Positions 10,140 through 16,873 of a stretch of 16,873 bases of DNA are shown here, one piece after another; position 1 is the first letter of the stretch, and every line of letters starts with the position of its first letter. The position numbers and the translations under genes are program-made. A model generated the notes under the pieces. The model worked only from the letters and a program-made list of their open reading frames with translations, had not been told where the DNA came from and ran no database searches. Source of the DNA: Octopus sinensis (Eukaryota); NCBI RefSeq assembly GCF_006345805.1, contig NW_021825065.1, forward strand, positions 1 through 16,873, written 5' to 3'.

Positions 10140-10372
10140 GAAATACTTACCCATACCCATGGAAAAAGCACGCACCAAGTCCAGAGCAGACCTAAGTACC
10201 CCCAAATATATCCAAAATAGAAAATCTTCGGCACATCTCGAGACACGTGTGATTCGAACTAGAAACTTTCACAGAGTGAGAGAATCCGGAAGTGAACACT
10301 ATTCAATTTATAACTAATGAAGGATAAATTTTTTTTTTCCCGAAAAAAATGTTATCCTTCATTAGTTTTAAA
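10140..10372. mobile_element. Unclassified interspersed-repeat candidate ending in a long hairpin
   Basis: Perfect 16-bp inverted repeat at 10312-10327 and 10352-10367 and a CpG-containing palindrome cluster. Recalled as an abundant octopus repeat (unverified). Left boundary uncertain. Confidence 0.35.
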
Positions 10373-10413
10373 TAAATAAATATATATATATATATATATT
10401 TATTTGTTTATAT

Positions 10414-10614
10414 GCGGACAAACACAAACTGATAGACACAAACGCATCAATGTGAACATTGATGTATACGACAGGCTTCCTTCAGTTTCCATCTAGCAAA
10501 TACACTCACAAGGCTTTGGGCGGCTATAGTAGAAGACACTTGCCAAAGGTACCGCGCAGTGGGACCGAACCCGGAACTAAGTGGTTGGGAAGCAAGCTTC
10601 TTCCCATACACCCA
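10414..10614 (-). mobile_element. SINE family A, 5' half
   Basis: acgacaggcttccttcagtttccatct...ggctatagtagaagacacttgcc...gaacccggaac...aagcaagcttcttcccatac parallels 6505-6705. Confidence 0.85.
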
Positions 10615-10616
10615 GT

Positions 10617-10634
10617 ACATATATATATATACAT

Positions 10635-10676
<42 letters not shown>

Positions 10677-10721
10677 ATATATATATATATCTATATATAT
10701 ATATATATACACATGTATAAA

Positions 10722-10800
<79 letters not shown>
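10617..10800. repeat. (TA)n/(TC)n compound microsatellite
   Basis: Direct reading. Confidence 0.97.
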
Positions 10801-10803
<3 letters not shown>

Positions 10804-11058
10804 GCTGGGATGCGCTGTGTATCTATTACAGACGCACACATAAAAGCGAATATACATGAGTGTGTGTGTACAAAATATATCCAATTATATTTCCCTTGGT
10901 GGTCTATCTAGTCACTGACATCAAGAATTAAAACCTTGAGGATATTTTATCAAAGACACCTGAAATTTTCCTATTTCAAATTCTTTCTTTCCAGAGCTAT
11001 TTCTATTACTGAAATATCTTTAACTCTGCTTGCAGTGGTTTCACTTACTTTCTCGGTG

Positions 11059-11073
11059 TTAGTCGTGTCGTTG

Positions 11074-11132
<59 letters not shown>

Positions 11133-11160
11133 GTTGTTGTTGTTGTTGTTGTTGTTATTG

Positions 11161-11232
<72 letters not shown>

Positions 11233-11233
11233 T
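11059..11233. repeat. (ATT)n/(GTT)n array
   Basis: Direct reading. Confidence 0.97.
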
Positions 11234-11292
11234 TATAGCGTACTTTCACTTCACTACCGAGCGCAGCTCTTTGTGCTTTGGGTATGTGTTAT
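11234..11292 (-). mobile_element. Probable very short LINE 3' UTR fragment with (AAT)n tail
   Basis: Minus strand cacatacccaaagcacaaagagctgcgctcggtagtgaagtgaaagtacgctat runs directly into (AAT)n. Small stem gagc/gctc. Recalled as an octopus repeat end (unverified). Confidence 0.45.
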
Positions 11293-11545
<253 letters not shown>

Positions 11546-11845
11546 ATTGGCTACCGAAGGGGGTAATGTCGTGTAGAGGTGGCGGGGCGAACTGGAAGGG
11601 TGGATTTGGTGAGAATGGTCATGGTAGTGTTGATTGGAATGATAGTAGATCAAATATAATAACTTTAAAAGTATTAGTAGTTGAAGAAGCATGGAGAGTT
11701 AGTTAGTGGTGATGGGAGAGGAGGAGGAAGTGTTGATGATGATGATGATGGATGATGATGATGATAGTGGAGCCAGAGTAGAAGGCGGAAACAAGGCAAA
11801 AATCGTTTTAACTTCATCATGAAAATGTTAAAACTCGTCGTGATA

Positions 11846-11870
11846 TCTGTCTGTCTGCCTCTCTCTCTAA

Positions 11871-11963
<93 letters not shown>

Positions 11964-12043
11964 TACACACATATAAATATATACATATATATTATATATA
12001 TATATGCATATATGTATTTATATTTATACACCTATACATATAT

Positions 12044-12075
<32 letters not shown>

Positions 12076-12188
12076 ATACACATATATACATATATGTGTG
12101 TGTTTAAATATATATATATACGCGTATATTTTTATAAGCAAGTATTTATGTGTATACGTGTATGTTTGCGTGTGTGTGCCTATGTCTT

Positions 12189-12224
<36 letters not shown>

Positions 12225-12341
12225 ATATATACATAATACATACATACATAAATATAAATACATATACATATACACATATAATATATATGTATGTATCTGT
12301 GTATGCCCTATTTAGACACACATGCTCATATATGTGTGTGT
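11846..12341. repeat. (TC)n followed by (TA)/(CA)/(TG) low-complexity array
   Basis: Direct reading. Confidence 0.95.
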
Positions 12342-12560
12342 TTTAAATGAAACTTCTATTCCTGGATGGCGCTCCACTGAGCTTGAGATGTGAAAAAAAT
12401 TTTGAATAACGATATTCCTGGAAAGCTTGTATTTTGTTTCTTGATGGTTGTCACTTTTCCCACTATTTTCAGCAAAACCAGTCCTTAGGTCCCAAGTTTT
12501 TTTTTTATCTTCTAAAACTCTACTATGCTTTCTGCACTGACAAAAACAAAAATTGATTAA

Positions 12561-12704
12561 AAGTCTTTAAATGTTTATTTTCATCAAACTTCATCAAATG
12601 GCATAAGTGCTTCCACAATTGAACCTTAGATTTTTGTACATTTCAGGTTCGACACAATAAAAGTGTGGAGTGGGAGACTTCTTCATTGTGCTTCTGTCCT
12701 GGAC
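12561..12704 (-). pseudogene. Highly decayed hAT transposase C-terminal (dimerization-domain-like) fragment
   Basis: Minus frame: VQDRSTMKKSPTPHFYCVEPEMYKNLRFNCGSTYAI**SLMKINI*RL. Motif order FY...YxNLR...GSTY...SLMKIN resembles GTF2IRD2-like/Buster hAT C-termini, with deletions and stops. Confidence 0.45.
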
Positions 12705-12729
12705 AGATATTGAGAGTGACCTTTTAATC

Positions 12730-13130
12730 AGGGATTTTTCTCTTTCTCACTTCCATTCTCTTTATATCTCTATCATTCTCTCTAAAGCACTGTTATTATA
12801 TAAGGAATCATCACCGATTCTCTTTCTCTCTCTTTCTATTTATCTCTTTTTCTCTCCTTCCATCTCTCTTTTCTTTTACTTTGTTGTTTATTTTCACTAT
12901 CTCTTCCTCTCGACTTTTCTTCCATACTTCCATATATTTCTTTGCTCACTTCACTGCTTGTCATGCGAGCATTCTTACTGCTGCCTTCTCTCTAATTATT
13001 ACTCCCTTCCATTCTGATATTCCCCCACCTATCTATTTATCTAACTACTCCACTTACCTTTAATAATGCTTTCTTTCTTCTTCTACAAACTCCTTCGGCA
13101 TAGCTACTATTTTCTCTTGCCATTTTTCTA
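12730..13130. repeat. Pyrimidine-rich (CT/CTT) low-complexity region
   Basis: Direct reading. Confidence 0.75.
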
Positions 13131-13199
13131 TAATATCGCCTAAAAAAAAACGAAATTAAATTTTAAAATTGTTTCAATTTAAATGAAAGATTCATAAAT

Positions 13200-13292
13200 A
13201 TGTATGCCTAAATATGCAAGCATATATATATACATACATATAATACGTGTGTATGCGTGTGTGCTCGCGCATATGTATCTGCTTGTATGTAA

Positions 13293-13348
<56 letters not shown>
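13200..13348. repeat. (TA)/(TG)n microsatellite
   Basis: Direct reading. Confidence 0.95.
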
Positions 13349-13351
<3 letters not shown>

Positions 13352-13582
13352 GGCGGCGAGCTGGCAGAAACGTTAGCACGCCGGGCGAAAAGCCTAGCGG
13401 TATTTCGTCTGCCGTTACGTTCTGAGTTCAAATTCTGCCGAGGTCGACTTTGCCTTTCATCCTTTCGGGGTCGATTAAATAAGTACTAGTTAATTACTGG
13501 GGTCGATGTAATCGACTTAATCCCCTTGTCTGTCCTTGTTTGTCCCCTCTATGTTTGACTCCTTCTGGGTAATAAAGAAATA
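13352..13582 (+). mobile_element. SINE family B, full length
   Basis: Near-identical to 790-1024 throughout. Confidence 0.9.
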
Positions 13583-13877
13583 TATATATATACAGAGAGA
13601 GAGAGAGAGAGAAAGAGGGAGAGATAAAGACTTAAGAGGTTGCACACGAGTAAATTTATATTAAAAATGAGAAAAAAAGAGGCAACGGAGGAGTGATGTA
13701 TACCCTACGCGCAAATAAATGTTTTCGCAAATTATAGTGTGGTTAACAATGCATTGCTTGCCCATGCTTTTTATGTGAACTGAATTTAGTATATTTTTTT
13801 TAAATATGAAATTAAGAAATCAACTATTAAATAAATGAAACCCTCGATCCATGAATGTTCAGACTCACACACGCGTG

Positions 13878-13909
<32 letters not shown>

Positions 13910-14212
13910 CACATACACACACAGTCCCATGATCTATACGCACGCAGACGAGGGTCGATTCATGTGAAAAAGAAAGTGAACAAAATAATATGATCACTTG
14001 CTTATCGCAAATTAATAAGTTCGATTTTTTGAAATTAACTAATTGTGTGTGTGTGTGTGTTTTTCTTCATTTTAAGTAGCACCATTATAGGTATTTATAC
14101 TCTGCTGAAATTAAGAAATCAACTCGTGAATAAACAAAACTCTCGAATCCATCACTGTACATACACACACACACACACACGCTCACACACAAAAGACGTT
14201 TATGTATATGTA

Positions 14213-14725
14213 CCGTAATTCCTCGAGAATAATCCGCATTTTCCCCACCAAAATTTAAAGGTCAAAATCCCTAGTGCGTATTATACACGAGATTAAAAAT
14301 GAAAATTATTTTCTAAGCAATGTTCAAGTCTCTATTTGCTGCCCGGCAATATTTATTCAGACGAATTTTGTGATGTTGGGCGCGAAAATAACTTAAGCTA
14401 AGCCTGAAAGCAATGAAGTCATAAAAGAATCATCCATAAATTGCAGTAAGCAACATTTATTAAACGTTATTACTTTTGTTACTTTATTTCTTTATTTTCT
14501 GCAAACAAAATGCACAAAAAAGCTACACGTTTGCATTATGTTATATATACAATAATAATAAAGTACGTTACCATAAACATTTTTACAAACCAGAGACGAT
14601 AAATAATTAATTAACTTAGAGAAGGAGTGCGTATTATACACAAGGTTTAGTTTTCTTCAGAGGTACAGCCCCCTAAAAATCCCCTGCGTATTATACTCAA
14701 GGGCGGACTATACTGGAGGATGTAC

Positions 14726-14727
<2 letters not shown>
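14213..14727. mobile_element. Tc1/mariner superfamily MITE (Tc2/pogo-like, CCGTA termini)
   Basis: taccgtaattcctcgagaataatccgc versus the reverse complement of gcggactatactggaggatgtacggta: 22/27 match. TA on both sides (14211-14212, 14728-14729). Subterminal tgcgtattatac repeats. Confidence 0.85.
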
Positions 14728-14766
<39 letters not shown>

Positions 14767-14860
14767 AAGAGGAAAATGTTTTGAGAACTTATGTATGTAT
14801 GTATGTATGTATGTATGCGTGTATGTATGCATGTATGTATGTATTGTATTGTATGCATAA
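14728..14860. repeat. (TA)n and (TATG)n tracts
   Basis: Direct reading. Confidence 0.9.
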
Positions 14861-14937
14861 AGCTCAATGTCGCAATTGGAATCCTAATCTGTAGCTCGTG
14901 AAAATTAGACCTACCAGGTCGTAGAGTATTTGAGGAT

Positions 14938-14968
14938 ATCTTCTTCTTCTTCTCTTCTTCTTCTTCTT

Positions 14969-14999
<31 letters not shown>

Positions 15000-15148
15000 T
15001 GATAATAATAATAATAATAATGATAATTATCATTATTATTATTATTAGTAGTAGTAGTAGTAGTAGGAGGAGGAGGAGGAGGAGGAGGAGGAGCAGCAGC
15101 AGCAGCAGTAGTAGTAGCAGCAGCAGTAGTAGTAGTAATGGTAGCAGC
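14938..15148. repeat. Compound trinucleotide array (TTC)(AAT)(ATT)(AGT)(AGG)(AGC)
   Basis: Direct reading. Confidence 0.97.
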
Positions 15149-15718
15149 ACTTCTGTAATCTGTCTTTTCATGGCTAATTAATCGAATTCCTGCAATATAA
15201 TTTTACACTAATATAAGGGATATAACACGTGCGTTACATATTTTTTATTTATTTTATGTATACATCTTAAAGGTGAAAGACATAAATTGCTGAAGAAAAA
15301 ATATATGGAACAATAAGAATACAAAACAAAAAACAAGAAAGAAATGAACAGCCGTTACTAAATGAATGAAAGAAGAGATAGATGATAGTAAAATCCCAAT
15401 AAAGATGGTATAACAACAAGAAAAGGAAGAGAAGAATGAGTACAAAGGGAAAGGAAGTAAGCTCGAATAAAACAATTCATATACACACGCATACAAACAT
15501 ATGTAATATATGAGTGTGTGCGTGCGTGAGCTTGCATGTGCGTGTATGAAATTCTCAATGGTTGATGAACAGTCATTATATCTAGGTTAGTTCTCGAGAA
15601 TTCGAACTGAAAATCAAAACCACAGGGATTAAAGATTGGGTTTAAAGTTTCGCTTTTTATGTTACAATAGTATTATTGCAAGACTGTAAAGAATGAAATG
15701 TGATAAGGTAGTACATAA

Positions 15719-16111
15719 TCTCTCTATATATAAAGCTGAAGTTGTCTGTGTATGGCAGGTTTGGTAGCCTTCGACTAACACTATCTCCTCCGAGACCCTG
15801 CGGCGCAAGTTGACCAAAATTGAGAGTATGATAGAAGAAGGCTTACTCTTCCTTCCGTAGAAGAAAAAATTCAAATCGGACCATGTTAACAGCAAAAATT
15901 ATTTACATCAAAAAGGTGCTTTTTTTCCTATGAAAATCCCTATTTTTTACGATTTTTTGACTGCTGTATCGCCATTTTTCGGTGTAATTCAACCAGAAAA
16001 ATGTTCGCTTAAAAAGAATAACAAGCTACATTATGCAAAATATTTACTTTCCAAAACTTCCAATTCTAAAGGGTCGAAACAAACCCGAGCAACGCCGGGC
16101 GATACTGCTAG
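15719..16111 (+). mobile_element. Non-autonomous Helitron
   Basis: Starts TC (tctctctatatataaag) after A at 15718. GC-rich hairpin cccgagcaacgccggg at 16084-16099. Ends CTAG (16108-16111) followed by T. No TSD, insertion between A and T. Confidence 0.85.
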
Positions 16112-16337
16112 TTCTTTATAATGCGTAATAGGTTTTAGGAACCAACATTGTATGCCAAAGGTGCTTCTCCAATTCAGTGCAAGATCTATAAATTTCAATG
16201 CAGCCCCATTGCTGTTCTGCGCTTTTCACCCGTTTATATTCTGAAGAAATAATTTGTTCACAAATATGGATATATCGATCCTATTCCTATATATTATGTA
16301 TTGTACCTGAATTAGAATCATTACTAATATTTTGTCG

Positions 16338-16870
16338 TCTGAGGTCGATCTAATCGATTTACCTACTTCCACGAAATTGCTGTCTTCATGTTCTGAGATC
16401 AAATACCACTAGAGTCGACTTTGCCTTTCGTCCTTTCGGGGACGATAAATTAAGTACCAGTTATGCACTGGGGTAGATGTAATCGACTTAATCCCTGCCC
16501 CTAAATTTCAGGCCTTGTGCTTCCAGTAGAAAGGTGAAAGGCGGACGAGCTTGCAGAATCGTTAGCGGCGTTTCGACTGTCTTCTCGTTCTGAGTTCACA
16601 TTTCGCCGAGGTCGACTTTACCTTTCATCTTTATGGGTTTGATAAAATAAGTACCAGCCTTAGCACTGGGGTCGATGTAATCAATTCAACACTTTCGTAA
16701 AAGTTTGGGCCAAAAAATTTGAAATCAATATTTAGCTGAAGACAACTACCGGCAAAATGCTTAGCAGTATCTCTTCCCGCTTCGTCCTGAGTTCAAATGC
16801 CGCCAAGATCGATTTTTCTTTTTCATCATTTCGGGCTCAATAATTGAGCACTGGGGTCGATGTAATCCGC
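16338..16870 (+). mobile_element. Head-to-tail cluster of diverged family B SINE copies (tail fragment 16338-16383; copies ~16381-16533, ~16540-16731, ~16749-16870)
   Basis: Repeated gttctgagttca...gaggtcgactttgcctttcatc...aagtaccag...gcactggggtcgatgtaatc modules collinear with 13400-13520. Confidence 0.8.
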
Positions 16871-16873
16871 TGT

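Noticed and set aside
12647-12713. Acceptor tttcag followed by FDTIKVWS (WD40-like)
   Set aside because: Stop follows within about 20 codons with no donor; the opposite-strand hAT relic explains the region better.
16338-16870. CRISPR-like or regularly spaced repeat array
   Set aside because: Units are long, diverged SINE copies with irregular spacing; eukaryotic context and no cas genes.

Overview
AT-rich, repeat-saturated non-coding eukaryotic DNA (intergenic or deep intronic). From memory the SINE families match octopus, so a cephalopod origin is likely; this is an inference, not a database result. No intact protein-coding gene, tRNA/rRNA gene or CRISPR array is supported. The listed ORFs are almost all translations of microsatellites or SINE fragments. 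The window holds: three tRNA-derived SINE families in about 14 full or partial copies; two hAT/Charlie-type MITEs, one with a perfect 8-bp TSD, a transposase C-terminal relic and a nested full-length SINE; a Tc2/pogo-like MITE; a non-autonomous Helitron; several short LINE-like 3' ends; a probable decayed hAT transposase fragment; and many simple repeats. I found no convincing new biological system. The best leads are transposon-related: a MER1/Charlie3-like element, short inserts embedded in (AAT)n arrays, nested insertions, and an unclassified hairpin-ended element.
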